A DNA stretch of 64,000 nt, from contig NGBS01000906.1 of the NCBI GenBank assembly GCA_002245135.1, forward strand, positions 1 to 64,000. Direction: 5' to 3'. Source of the DNA: Proteromonas lacertae. Lineage: Eukaryota. The notes beneath the pieces were generated by a model that worked only from the letters and a program-made list of their open reading frames with translations, ran no database searches and was not told where the DNA came from. Each line of letters begins with the position of its first letter. The first letter of the stretch is position 1. Below are positions 41,901 through 55,600 of the stretch, one piece after another. A program made the translations under genes and the position numbers.

Positions 41901-42597
41901 ATGAAGAAATTTTCAGTATCTTCTTCCAGCAGAGTCAATATTATATTATATGAATCATAAGGAGTTGATGTTAGTATATTATCTATCTCTGTTATTGTAT
42001 TTGCTGCACTACTGAAATTAATAACTGAATATTCTTTTATTCTCCGTATGATTGAATAATAATTATTTTTTTCATTCAGCATATCTGATAATATATTTAG
42101 AGTAGGATTTCCTTCATAACCGACTAAAATTGTATATCCATTTAGTTCAGAAAGTACTATGGATAATAAAAACAATGATATATACACTTATATGCTTTAT
42201 GCAAAAACAATGCACCAAAATAAGCATTCTCTATACACTTATTAAACGTATAACTTTGTGCTACTAATAACATCGCTTTTTCTTCTTGATTCCTATCATA
42301 CACAACACTAACACATTTTTGATTTACTATTGAAAATATAACAGAGACTTTATTGGAATATAGCTTATCAACAGCTTCTTCACACGTCACATCACTTGTT
42401 ACATTCTCAATGTGTATAATAAAATTAGGCTTATAAATTGAAGAGTTGAATGCTAAAAGAATGGAGTTACTAACTAAATGACTGAAGTGACTAAATTTGG
42501 GTGAGAGATCTTGTAGGATACCAACATTTATATCATCTATATTTGCAAAAGTTGACAATAAACAACTGACAAACACTATAAAATTAAATAAATACAT
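29926..42597 (-). CDS. Giant class C (family 3) GPCR: signal peptide + ~9 tandem UrtA/AmiC-like periplasmic-binding (Venus flytrap) domains + 7TM + S/N-rich tail
   Basis: 7TM motifs RHSKIIRKS, LFTKTWKVHKV and RVRNADRDFNES. Repeated ligand-binding-domain motifs KIGFLHPFSG, TIFGCYTSKC, IALFGCLTRSC, GGETCSSHV, AGEVCERQV and EINTNGGLNGR. Segments are joined by short introns and single-base frameshifts. Confidence 0.8.
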
Positions 42598-43072
42598 TCA
42601 AGCTTAGTTTGAGAAAAAGTATAACGGAATGAAATGAAATGCTACTTGCATGAATTTGAGAAGACAAAACCGTATGTAAGTGATATAAATTAATGGAATA
42701 ATGTAGGTTATTACAATTGATTTACGGTTGAAAAACTGGTGATTAATTTTAAATTTTTTTGATGTTATATATCTTAATGCATTAGTTAATGCTCTATAAA
42801 ATTAAATACTGTAAAATTTAAGGTAAATTAACCTTTGAGACTTTCTCATTCACAATTTTAGTATAATGAAACGGTAATATTTTTAAAAAAATCAAAGTTG
42901 TATGCAAGATATTTAAAAAAATATTAACACACAATTATACATCTAAAATTAATTTTTATGACTAAGGAGATTGAATTTGATGTAAAACAAGACATGAAAA
43001 TTTGAATTTTACTCGAAATTACCACTCAAGCAAAAGCTTGAGTAATTAAATTCGCTTTTTTTGAGTCACAGA

Positions 43073-44903
43073 ATGGCTACTATGATGGAAGAATGCGATA
43101 CTGAAGAGGGCGCGTTTAATTTCACACAATATCCAACAGTATTCATTATCCACATAACGATTCATATTAGGTTCTCAAAAGACGTCCAAAAGCGAGGTTT
43201 AAGTATGTCAAATTCAATGGAGATAAACTGAACTTCGTGAGGTTCAATGAACACATAAGACTCGTAAGGCAACAAAGACCGCCTTTTTTAATGTGTTTGA
43301 AAGTTAGTAATCTAATCAACAATGAATTGCCAATTTTTAGTGATAAGAAAATGGAAGATCTTTTCTCTCTTACGTCAATGAATATCGAGAATGGAATTGA
43401 TCGAATAATAGTTTCAGTTGTGAAAAGCGTGAAAGCTTTACACAGCCTAGGTATAACTAATGGTAATTTAAAACCTTCAAACTATCATGTTCAATAAGAA
43501 GAATGATGTAATTGTTCACAGATTACTGTATTAATCTTATCAGAGATGTAAATATGCTATCTGCAAGTTGTTATCGTTACTTTAGTCCAGAACAGCTATT
43601 TGGTTATGAAGTTACAAATCTAACTGATATATATAATATCGGTTTGGTTATTTATTATCTAACCACAAGTTGTGATATGTATAATGGTAGATCAAGAGAA
43701 GAAATAATGGATCAAATCACTGAAGGGATGGAAATACCTTATGTATCAATAGATAAATATATAAAACTGGTTCAGAATACAGTAGTTTATAATAGTGAAG
43801 ATAGATTGAGATTGAATGAAATTTTAGAAGAATTTCCAAGTATATATATAATTATCATTACTTATAAATAAATAAATAGATATTGAAGAATATAATTCTG
43901 ATACAAGACATTTTTTTGATAAAAATGTAATTCTCCGATTATCCAATGATATTGAAGGAGATGGAGAAAAGAAGCATTTACTCACTTATCGTATAATAAT
44001 ATAATAATTATATATATATATATATTAAAATAGGAGATGTTGAAAGTGTGATAGACTTTTATGAAAAAACCAATCAAGATAAATACTTCTATTTTATTCT
44101 CAATATATTATTAAACAATAATAATGAAAAAGTTAGAAAAATAATTCAAAATAGATTTCATCTTGGAGAATTATATTATGGAATAAGAGGTAAAAGTTTT
44201 GTTCAGAAGTTATTGAATGCTTGTACTCCAAGTCAAGAAATGAAGTTTATGAGTATAAAAAATTATTATATATATATATATATATTAAAATAGTGTCTAA
44301 AATAACTCCTTATGAATTTAATTCTTTTATAACCAATCTTCATTCAATTAAAACATTGAAACTGTTGGATATTTCTTGCTGTCATTTACCTTATGCTCAA
44401 ATTTACTATCTTTGCAATAATCTGAATGTTCTCCCAAATTTGAAAAGCCTTTATGTAGACTGTATATTTATTTATTTTTATTATTTTTTAAAGATAATGA
44501 AGTTGGAGATGATGGAATCAAACTTCTCTCAAACTATTTATATTTAATGAAGAATCATATCGGCGACCATATTAGAGTGAATTTAAGTGGTATGCAAATG
44601 TCAAATACTGGCTTACATTATATTGGTGAAAATCTAACTCAGATTATGGATATTGATGAACTTAATTTAGAAGTTGAATGGGATAGATGATATGGGGTTG
44701 ATTGATTTTTCTAGATATTGTCGTATGCTTCCTTATCTTATTAGATTAAATCTTGATTGTATATATATATATATTTATATTGTGTGATAGTTAATCAATT
44801 GTCAATGAAGGGACAAAGCATTTTAAAAAGTGTTCAGACAGAAGGAAGGTTGAGTGACTTGTATGGTTATCTAGAAAGATATTATAGAACTTATGAGTAT
44901 TAG
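43073..44903 (+). CDS. Pseudokinase + RNI-like leucine-rich repeat protein, with frameshifts
   Basis: LHSLGITNGNLKPSN (HRD replaced), DYC in place of DFG, YFSPEQ...TDIYNIG; LRRs LKLLDISCCHL and LPNLKSLYVD/NEVGDDG. Confidence 0.7.
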
Positions 44904-45078
44904 TTTACATGGTTTAATTTTTTCTTGTTTTTATATTTTTGTTTATTATTTTATAAATTCAGCATAAGATATAATTTTTAATCATGTTCACTTTAATTAT
45001 TATCAATTAGATAAAGATAAAAATAATAATTAACTGAACTAAGTATTTATATTGGATAAAAAGAAGTAAATTTCAGAT

Positions 45079-45164
45079 CCGAACTTAGCTCAGTTGGAAG
45101 AGCAACAGACTGTAGAAAGAAAATTGTAATCTGTGGGTCGCTGGTTCGATCCCGGCAGTTCGGA
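45079..45164 (+). tRNA. trnY: tRNA-Tyr(GTA) with a 13-nt intron (45116-45128)
   Basis: Acceptor stem CCGAACT/AGTTCGG; D-arm GCTCAGTTGGAAGAGC; anticodon stem ACAGA/TCTGT with GTA at 45112-45114; T-loop GGTTCGATCC; downstream oligo-T Pol III terminator. Confidence 0.95.
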
Positions 45165-45376
45165 TTTCTTTTTTCTTTTTTCCTTAATTTTCATTATTTT
45201 CTTTTATTAAATTGGTTTTATAAGAAAATGTGATGAAATAAACATTTAAAATGCAGAAATGTAGGTTGCACAAAAAAGTAAGAATGTTTTGCAAAAAAGA
45301 TTTGAACGAACTTTTAGCTTGACTTTTTCTTATCATAAACTTTTTTAAAGATTCTGCTTGTATGAAAAATAATTAA

Positions 45377-48300
45377 ATGGATTCATGGAGATATTTTGAT
45401 GTTAATATGTATAGATTTTGTAAAATTATCTTTGTAATAGATATCCTGATCCACCTCTTCAGTTTGCTGTATACATACACGTTATTAGTAATAGATACAA
45501 AATAATGATACAGGTAATTGGGATTATTACCATACTGAATATTCAGAAGAAGGTTTTCCCTATTTTCTGAATGAAGAAGAGAAGTCATCGACCTGGGATG
45601 ATCCTCGTAAAGAAACTAAAGTATTTTTACAAATTATTATCTTAGTACTTTTGCGCTCCAGCTGATTCTTACCCAGAATTTAAATACTCAGAGAATTCCA
45701 AAGATTTCAAAGAATTGAAATACAAATACGACAAGCTATTAGAAAGTTATGATAAAGATATGAATGATTTAGAAGAAAAATTAAAAAATGAAATCAAACA
45801 AAAAGATACAATTATCAATACTCAGAAACAACAAATCGCAAATCTCTCCAACAAAGAGAAGGAAAGATTACTTACTGAAAAATACAGAACAACCCAAAAA
45901 GAGTTGGAACAAGTAAAATATCAAATCTCAGGTTTGGGTTTAGCTCAAGATAGTTTATTGAAAGAAAAACAGGAATTGGAGGAAAGGAATAAATTATTAG
46001 AAACTCAATTAAACGAAGAAGTAGAGAAAGCAAAAGGAGTGATGCAAATTGAAATTGATCGGTTAAAAGAAGAATTAAATACAACTAAAAATACCGATTC
46101 AACTTTACAATATAAAAATGAAATCAGTCAATTAAAATCAGAGATTAAAACATTAAAAAGTAACATGGAAGCTGATAAACAATATTATGAGAAAGAAGGA
46201 CAAGAAAAGATTAGATTAATACAAGAAAATGATCAATTAAGTATATATATATTATTATTATTATTATTTATTAATTTATTTATAGCTCAAAAATTATATG
46301 CTGGAAATCATGAAATTGAAGAGAAATATGTGAATGAAATTACTCAATTGAAAGAGAAAGTTGCTGATTTAGAATCAAAAGTAGAAAATGCTGTAGCAAA
46401 TGATGATTATTTAGAGGAATTAGAACATGAATTAGGTAATAATAAGTTAGAATGCAGAGATAGAGATGTTAAGATTGAAAACTTGACAAAAGAATTGCTT
46501 GAGCAGAAACGAGCCTATGAAGAATTATGTATATATATATATTTATTATTAAAATTTATTATTAAAATTTATAGATTCTAATTATACTGCAACAATTCAA
46601 GAAAAAGATAAAATGAATATCATCATTACTAAACAACAACGTCAAATCGATGGTTATGCAAGTCGATCAAGAGAAAACAAATTGACCGAAGAATTAGTAT
46701 CAATGAAGGATATGGTAATACAATTAAAGAATGATAATAAAGCCAAACAATCTGAATTAAAAGTTCTTCAAAGACAAATTGATAATGACAGTAAAGATAA
46801 TAGTGATATAAATAAAAAGAGTAAAGCATTATCTCAAGAAAATACGAAATTGTTGGAAGAAATATCAAAGATGAAAACACAATTACAAACTCAAAGTGTT
46901 GAATTATCTGCAAAGAAAGCTTTAGAAAATGAAAGAGATAGTTTGAATAAGATAATTGCAGGAAAAGATCAAAAACTGAGTAAATTATCTAAAGATATTG
47001 AAAAACTAACTCAGGAAATAAGAACAATTGCAACAGGAGCAAAGAAATTACAAAAAGAGAATGAAATGAAAGATGTGGAGATTAACAGATTAAAGAAATT
47101 ATCAGACAGAGGTGGTGTTGTTGTTGGTGGTGGTGCTAGTATTGATGGTGGTAAAAAAGGTGGAAAAGATAGTGGAAATAATAATGTAAATGGAACAACG
47201 AAGAATTATAAAGAATTATCAACTGTATATTATTATTATTATTATTATATTTAGCAATTAATGGATGTAAAGAGTGACAATATCAAATTAGCAAGTGAAA
47301 TGATTAAAATCAAACAGGATAGAGATAATTATAAGAAGAAAGCTGATACTTATGATAAGAACCTCTCCGCTTTAACAAAGTCATTAGATGTAAGAGATCA
47401 ATCTGCAGGTAAAACAAAAGAATTATTATCTGAACAAAGGAATAAACTGCAAACATTACAAAAGTCATTTGAAGCTCAAGTATTGAAGTTGAAAAAGGAT
47501 TTAGGTCAAGCTGAAGAAACTTTAGCAAAAAAAGATGCTGAAACGGCTAAATTACAACAAAATGTAATTACGTTGAAATCTGAAATGGAAGCAATGAAGA
47601 AGAATAATACAAATAATGTAAATGTCATGAAAGAAAACTACAAAAGACAAATGCAAAATAAAGATGAACAAATACAGAAGTTGGTTGATAAACAAAGTAT
47701 GTTTATAGAAGCAAGTAAGAATCCTGAAAAGATGAAAAATATTACTCAACAAATAGCAGCTCAAACTAAAGCTATGGAAGCTATTCAAACTAGTTTGTTC
47801 AAAAAAGAAAAACAATTGGATAAGAATAGAAGTGAGATTGAAGTGTTGAAGTTAAAGAATGAACAATTGAATGTACAAATCTTGTCCTTAACAGCTGATA
47901 TTTCAATAGCAAAACAGAGTGAGAAGTTGAAGAGAAACAATGAAAGTTTAAAGAGTGAATTAGAATCAGTAACTACTCAATTAATGACACAAATCCAAAC
48001 ATTAAAAACTGAAATTCATATATTAAAAAATGATCTAAAAGACAAAGAAGATGCTATGAAAGTATTAAGAGACGAGAATTCCAATATTTTATCCGTTTTT
48101 AAAGAAACTCAAGAAAGAAATTCTAAAGATATGAACGAATTTACATCAAAAATATTAGACAATTACTTGAAACTCAAATCTCTATTAGAAGATGATTCAT
48201 TTATTTCACCATTAGCTTCAGGTACATCAGCTGCTGGAGGAGGTGGTTCTTCTGGTGATCAGAGTTCTTCTCAACAGAATGTAATTAATGGAGTAGCAAG

Positions 48301-48419
48301 AGAAGATTATGATAAGATTAAACATGAATTAGAGTTGTTGAAGATAGATGATTTATCAAAAGCTGATGAAATAAAGACATTAAGAAGTAGACTTGAATTA
48401 CAAGGTATATATATATATA

Positions 48420-48455
<36 letters not shown>

Positions 48456-49255
48456 AATAGAAACTGAATTTCAAACTGAGAAAGCTCAAAGAGACAAAAT
48501 CTTCGAACAGAGAATCAAATCGTATGAATCACAAATTGAATCATTTTCAAAGCAATTAACAGTCAGTGATGTAGAAGACAGATTAAGACAACAATTAGCT
48601 GAATTGGACTTAAAGAATCAACAATTGAATGAAGAATTATTAACTAAGAAAAGAGAATTATCCAATATTCAAAGTACTTTGAAAGATATGACAAAAGAAA
48701 AACAAGAATTGATACAAGAGCATAAGAAAGAAATGAATATTTTATCAAAGAAACATTTGGAGGAAGTAAATGGATTGAATGAAGAATTGAAAGCACTTAC
48801 AAATGTAGCTGGAAGAGTATATATATATATATATTATTTTCTATTTTAGAATGATGTAATAATGTATGAACAAAATATTAAAAGATTAGAAGGTGAGATT
48901 GATAAATTACATCAAAATGAAACTCATACAGCCAAAGTACATGCTAGAGCTATAGAACAATTGAGTATAATAATGATATTTAGTTATTTATTATTTAAAT
49001 AGATACTGAATATCAATTAGAAAAACAAAAAACAGAAAAAATCTACAAGACAGAAATTGACTAGTTTAAAGAGTAAAGTTGCCTTATTATCATCTGATAA
49101 AACAATGACAGATAAAGAGGAAGAATTTATGGCTAAAATGGAGGAACAGAAGAATCAAATGAATATTGCATTGAAGGCTGTAGCTGATAAATCTGAACAA
49201 TGGAAAAAATTACAGGAAGAATTTGATGAGTATAAAAAGAGTAAAACTGAAGAAA

Positions 49256-49297
<42 letters not shown>

Positions 49298-49966
49298 TAG
49301 TTTCAAAAATTCGTATTGAAAATGATGAAAATATCAGAAAATTAAATGAAAAAATAAACAAATTAAAAGAAGAGAATCAAGAATTAACCAATCAAATCAA
49401 AGGAGATACAGTTCCAACAACTGTACAACAACAGTTGGATGAAGTTCAGAAGAAAATAGATGAAAAGGATTATGAAATATCTCGATTGAATAAATTAATA
49501 GAAGAAAATAGCTCAAAACATAAAGAAGAATGTATATTTACTAATATTGTTAATAATAGTGAGATTAAAAGAAGAAGAGATTGAAAAAGAATTAACAGAA
49601 ATAGAAAAGTGTAAAGATGTGATTAAAGAAAAAGATAATGACTTAAAAAATATAAATGATGAACTGAAATCTCATAAAGAGAAATATATTTCATTATTCA
49701 AGGAAAAGAATGAGTTAGTAGTTGATTATGAGAAGAAAATCAGTGATTTAATGGCCAAGAATTCAAGAATAGTTCAGCCACCACCAGGAGGTCATCCAAT
49801 TGGTCCTCCACCCACTAATAGACCTAGAGGACCACCACCAAGAGGTCCACCGCCAGGAATGCCACCACCACCAAGAGGACCTCCTCCAGGTGCTCCTCCA
49901 AGAGGTTTTGCTATGCCTCCTTCGCCACCAATTGGTCCACCTCCTGGAGCTCCTCCTCCAATGTAA
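45377..49966 (+). CDS. WW domain + very long coiled coil + proline-rich C-terminus, multi-exon
   Basis: WW-like WDYYHTEYSEEGFPYFLNEEEKSSTWDDPR; roughly 1,200 aa of heptad-rich exons; RGPPP-repeat tail. Confidence 0.75.
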
Positions 49967-50040
49967 TTCAAGAGAATGATTTATTTTTTTATGATTATTA
50001 ATATATTACTTTAATTAACTGTAGTTTTTATTATATACGT

Positions 50041-50048
50041 TGTTTGTT
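50041..50048 (+). promoter_or_regulatory. TGTTTGTT 3'-end motif
   Basis: Exact octamer ~75 nt downstream of the stop at 49966. Confidence 0.55.
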
Positions 50049-50181
50049 TTGATGAATATTAATGGAAATGACTAAAACAGAAGATTGTCCAAAATCGGTC
50101 ACCCAAAACAACCCCACAAAATTTTAATCGTTTTTTAAATTCTTTTATTTTTGGTGTTGCAATGAAATTATAATCACAAAA

Positions 50182-51496
50182 ATGGCAGTATAACCTCTTC
50201 TCATTAGTATTATCTAGCTTGAAACTACATCATGTTTTTGCATTAAGCATCTTGTACCAGAAGTTGATAAAGTTTCCCAAGAGTACTGTGCATCATTTTT
50301 TTGTATTTACTACTCATTTTATATCAATAGTAAGTTATCAAGATGTCTATGATATATACAATGTGTATATTTTCGTACAGAAGTATTACTAACTACTTTT
50401 ATAATGCTTAGTAATAAGACAATGCTTGCTCCTGTCGATTTAATTCTTCAAAGAATGAATTATATGCCAGATTCTTTTTCATGTAGTGTGTTTCGAATAT
50501 ATGGTATATATATTTAATAATTTTATTTATTTAAATTAGCCAAAGAAGGGTTGTCATGGAATGATTATTTGAAACTGAGTTTGCTGTTTGCATTTTGTCC
50601 AATTGAAAGATTAATACCTCGTATATATATAATTATAATTTAATATATATGTAGTAATATTACCAATGTATGGTTATTCGTTTAATACAATTTTCTTCAA
50701 AGATTTAGAAGAGATTTTCAAAGAATTTAATGAAAAATTTTATGATGAAGTTACACTTAAGAATTTATACTTATCTAAAGTTCCCAATATCCTAGTCCCA
50801 GTCAACTCAGATTCCATCGGAGAATTCGTCACAAAAGCACCACAACTATTTTATCCCATTATCAAATTCAAACAACAAATTCAACAAAATCTAATCCCTC
50901 GATCAACATTTAATAATGTTTTAATGCGACTGAGCAGAATTGATATATTACGAAAATATAGAGAAACAACTGGTAAAGATTACACCACAAAATATATAAA
51001 ATTTAAAAGTTTTTTTACATGTAGTAAAAACCCATATCATTATGATTATGAAACTGATTGTAACAATGAAACAGGTGGTTTCGCATATTCCCGCCAACTT
51101 TCAAACATATTGAACGATCTAAAGATGATTTATCAACCTAAAGTATTGACAAATCGACAATTAAAGCTAGTACAACAACAAGGAGAATCATTTACATTTA
51201 CTCGACCATATTATAACAATAACAATGGTGAAAGAAAGAAATCTCAATTAGGACAAAGATCATCAGAGACATCTACTGAAGGTAGTTATTCTAGTCCTGT
51301 TGTACCATTTAAATTTCCACAAATCACTTATACAACTTCTGAAAATTATAATAATGTTAGTGATGATCAATTGTTCCATATTGGTTGTGCATCTTATGCT
51401 ATTCCAATATTGTATTCTGCTTCTGATGACAAAAGTAATTTTGATACTTCTTCAGCTGCTGTTACTGGTAACAGTATGTTTATTCAAAAGAGATAA
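50182..51496 (+). CDS. Hypothetical multi-exon protein, probable paralog of 57449-58523
   Basis: ATG GCA, intron, LETTSCFCIKHLV...; GLSWNDYLKL...FAFCP; last exon is ORF 50666-51496. Confidence 0.6.
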
Positions 51497-51702
51497 AAAG
51501 ATGAATAATGATTGTAATTGTCGTGTAAATTTTAGATAGCTATTAATTATTATATATTATATATATAAATCAAATTAAATTATTAAATTCTTTATTGTTC
51601 TTGTTATTGTTGTTTTTTTATAGAATTATGAAACGATAACATTTTTAGAAATTCTTTTGGCTTGTCAAACACAATTTTGTAGTTTCTCTCATTTTCACAG
51701 CA

Positions 51703-52511
51703 ATGAGTGAATCGCTGAGCGAAACAGATGGTGAACTTCAATCATGGATAGATTGGTTCTGCGATTTACCAGAAAATGTATTTTTTTGTCGTGTTGATAG
51801 AAGTTATATCGGTATTAATGCTTCTTTTATTTTATAGAAGATACATTCAATTTATATGGATTGAGAGAAGAAATTCAAGAATTTAGAAAAGCTTATGAAA
51901 CAATATTAGATTTAGAGAGTGATAACGGTATTATTAATCATTTTTGACTAATATTTTATTCTATAGAAATAGATTCTGTTGATAGTGAAAGTAATGGATT
52001 ATTCAGACCTGCAGTTGATCTTTATGGTTTGATCCATGCTCGTTTTATAGTAACGGAAAGAGGTTTACAGCTAATGGCACAGAAATATGTAAATCGTGAA
52101 TTTGGTGTATGTCCTAGAGTACATTGTCAAAATCAAGCAGTATTACCAGTAGGATTTGATAACAGAATTGGTATTGCAGGAGTTAAAGTCTTTTGTCCAA
52201 AATGTAAAGATATTTATGTACCAAATAAACAAATTTTGAATGGTAGAATTGATGGTGCATTTTTTGGAACAACATTCCCTCATTTATTTTTATTAACTTA
52301 TTCAGAATATATTCCAAGAGAGAAGATAACTACCTATGAACAGAAAGTATTTGGATTTAAAATACATCCTTCATCCGATGTTTATAGATATAATAGATTT
52401 GAATCTTTGCAAAAGAAAATAAATAGTGGTAGTACAAATGCTAAAGAAGATGAGCAACAACAACAAAAATCTAAAATTGTCAATAATAATAATAATAATC
52501 CCAATAAATAA
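51703..52511 (+). CDS. CKB1: Casein kinase II regulatory beta subunit
   Basis: SWIDWFC...[64 protein letters not shown]. Introns 51812-51837 and 51928-51966. Confidence 0.95.
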
Positions 52512-52652
52512 TCTTATTTCACTCTTTTTTTATTTATTTGTGTTCTGGGGATGCGAAAAATAATTTTCGAAAACCTAAAGAAATGGAGTATTAAGAATGT
52601 ATATAAACGCTATTAAACTCTGCCTCACTTATCTTTTTAATAAATCTTGATT

Positions 52653-55600
52653 ATGTCAGTATATACTTATTATTTTACATCTATTTCATAGAGGTTCATT
52701 ATCCTTGCTGTTATTTTAGCATTTGCATCAATCGCTGTTGCTCAGGATCAAAAGTATTTTTAATTTTTATAATCAATAGAATGAACTTTGGTGGAGTACA
52801 TTTGGAAAGATCAGCTGATTTAAAGTCGAATATTGCTTTAGGAAAGATTACTTATGATAATTGGGATAAATGTGCAGAAGAGAAAGCTCATTTCTTAATA
52901 ATCTGTAAATTTGTTGATCATATTCCAGAAGAACGAGATTTCCATATTGAGAATTACGCTTGGGTTGAGTGTGAAGGAAATAAGATAAATATAACTCAAA
53001 AAGGTCGAAAAGATAATCTTTTCTCTTGTGAATTAATCCACAATGAAGGTCGAAAACAATATGATATGAAATACAAATCTCTTCCTTTGTTATCAAAAGA
53101 GTATGTAATAGAACGAGATGAAGATTTATCCAAATACCATGTTCGAAACAATTTAGCTTTAAACATGCCAGACTGTGATGCTGAGAAATCTAACTATGAA
53201 TTATACTGTGGTTTCTTTACTGATGTAGTAAAATCTGAAGAAGTGAAAAAATCCGAAAATAAACGAGAAATAACTGGTGATAAAACTCCTTTATCATTCT
53301 CTTCTAGTGGTATAGAAGATCATTATATAACATGTTATATATATCGATCATCTGATGGTAAAATAATCGATACTTACAGTTCAGGAACGCCTAGTTTAAA
53401 TATTGAGAATTGGTCAATGAAGATAGGAAAAGACTTAAGTAAATATGAATTGCGAGGAGATAATCGATTAGAATGGAAAACATGTAATATGAACAATGAA
53501 GTAATGGACTTTAGAATAACTTGTGGATTCTATAAAGATGTTCCAAGTCCATCTGATTTGCGAAATAGTTGGGAAATGGATATAGAATTAGAATGTGGTG
53601 GTTGGCCTTGGCAAGTGATGTGGACAAAAGATGCTTCTTACAAATACTGGGGATGTATGACCTATGATGGAAAAGATAAAGCTGTAGCTGATTTAAAATA
53701 TGTTGAAGCACCTAGTTTGATAATGCCAAATGCTGATTCAATTGAAGAGAAAGATAATAAATGGTATGTGAAAGATAAATTACAATTGAAATGGACTAAA
53801 TGTGAAGCAGAATCTAAAGATTATGGTTATGTATGTGAATTCTTCAAAAATATTCCAACATATGAAGAATTAATAGAAAAGAAAGATAAGATCGGTAATA
53901 TAAACTGTGTTGAAAACTCAATCGAAGATACATCTGATAATTTAAGTGAAGGATATTTAGTATGTGGAATATTGAGAAGATCAACCAATGATGTAATATC
54001 AATGGAATATATAAGTAAGAAAAGTATTGATATTCAAGAAATATCCATGTATAAAGATGATAATAAGATCTATGCAAATGGTGATATAAGATTGAATTGG
54101 GCTAAATGTGAAAATGAAAAGAATGATTATGAATTGATTGTAAACTTTTTTGATCATTCTCCCTCTGTAGATGAAGACTGGTCAGGTAAAAGTATTGAAA
54201 TAAGCTGTGATAAAACCAAAGTTGATCATGAATATACCTCTGATTTAAAGAAGATTCACTTTGTAGTAAAGTTGGTGAAGAAAGACAGTAAGATAGTATA
54301 TGATGTAGAATCAATAAAACTACCATCATTTGATATAAGTAAATTAAATGTATCTTTCACCAATAAATACCAAAATCATCGTATTATATCTGGTTTTATT
54401 CCAATTGATTTCCCTAATTGTGAACGAAATCATAATCAGTACAGTATAATCTGTGATTTCTCCACAACCACACCAACTTATGAATCATTAATGAATGGAT
54501 TTAAGAATAAGATTGTATGTGATGCTTGGGAATTAGAAGGATTAACATCCGTTGGAACAGATGATAGTGTATTTGGTTGTATGATGATTGAAAATGAGAG
54601 TAAAAAGCTGGTTGAATTAAAATCAATCGATTTCGATCCTCATCAAAGGTATGATTTATTAATTTTTATAATTCAATAGAATGGATTTCAGTAGTTTTGC
54701 TCTTTCAAGAACATCAGATTTAAAAACAATTAAAGCTGCTGGAAAGATTACTTATGTAAATTGGCCAAACTGTACTGCAGAAAAATCCCATTTCTTAGTA
54801 TTATGCAAATTCTTAGATCATGTTCCTAAAGAAACAGATTTTCATATCGAAGGTTATCAGAAAGTAGATTGTGATGGAAATGTATTTAATGTGTCAACTA
54901 CTGTAAAAGCAAATTCTGTATTTGCTTGTGAACTGATGCAAAAAGAGAATAGAAAACAATATGATATGAAATACAAATCTGTTCCAACATTATTAAAAGA
55001 ATATAAAGTAAAGAGAGAAGAAGACTTTTCCAAATTCAAAGCTGAAGGTATGTTAGGTTACACTTGGCCAGATTGTGATTTAGAAGTTCATAATTATGAA
55101 TTATTCTGTGGAATATTCGACAATATTCCCGAAACAGATGAAATCCGAAAAGAAGAATATAAACAAGCCATTACTTGCAGTGGAAATAAGATAAATTTTG
55201 AATCTAAAGGTGTTGAAGATCATTATTTGACTTGTTTAATATATCGTAAAACAGATGAGATGGTAATTGATAAAATCAGTTCAGGAACGCCTAGTTTAAA
55301 TATTGAGAATTGGTCAATGAAGATAGGAAAAGACTTAAGTAAATATGAATTGCGAGGAGATAATCGATTAGAATGGAAAACATGTAATATGAACAATGAA
55401 GTAATGGACTTTAGAATAACTTGTGGATTCTATAAAGATGTTCCAAGTCCATCTGATTTGCGAAATAGTTGGGAAATGGATATAGAATTAGAATGTGGTG
55501 GTTGGCCTTGGCAAGTGATGTGGACAAAAGATGCTTCTTACAAATACTGGGGATGTATGACCTATGATGGAAAAGATAAAGCTGTAGCTGATTTAAAATA

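Noticed and set aside
32058..42597. Bacterial ABC-transporter operon or contamination (UrtA-like ORFs)
   Set aside because: Contains spliceosomal introns, has no permease or ATPase genes, and is continuous with a eukaryotic 7TM domain.
49775..49966. Formin FH1 domain
   Set aside because: The proline-rich tract ends at the stop codon with no FH2 domain after it.
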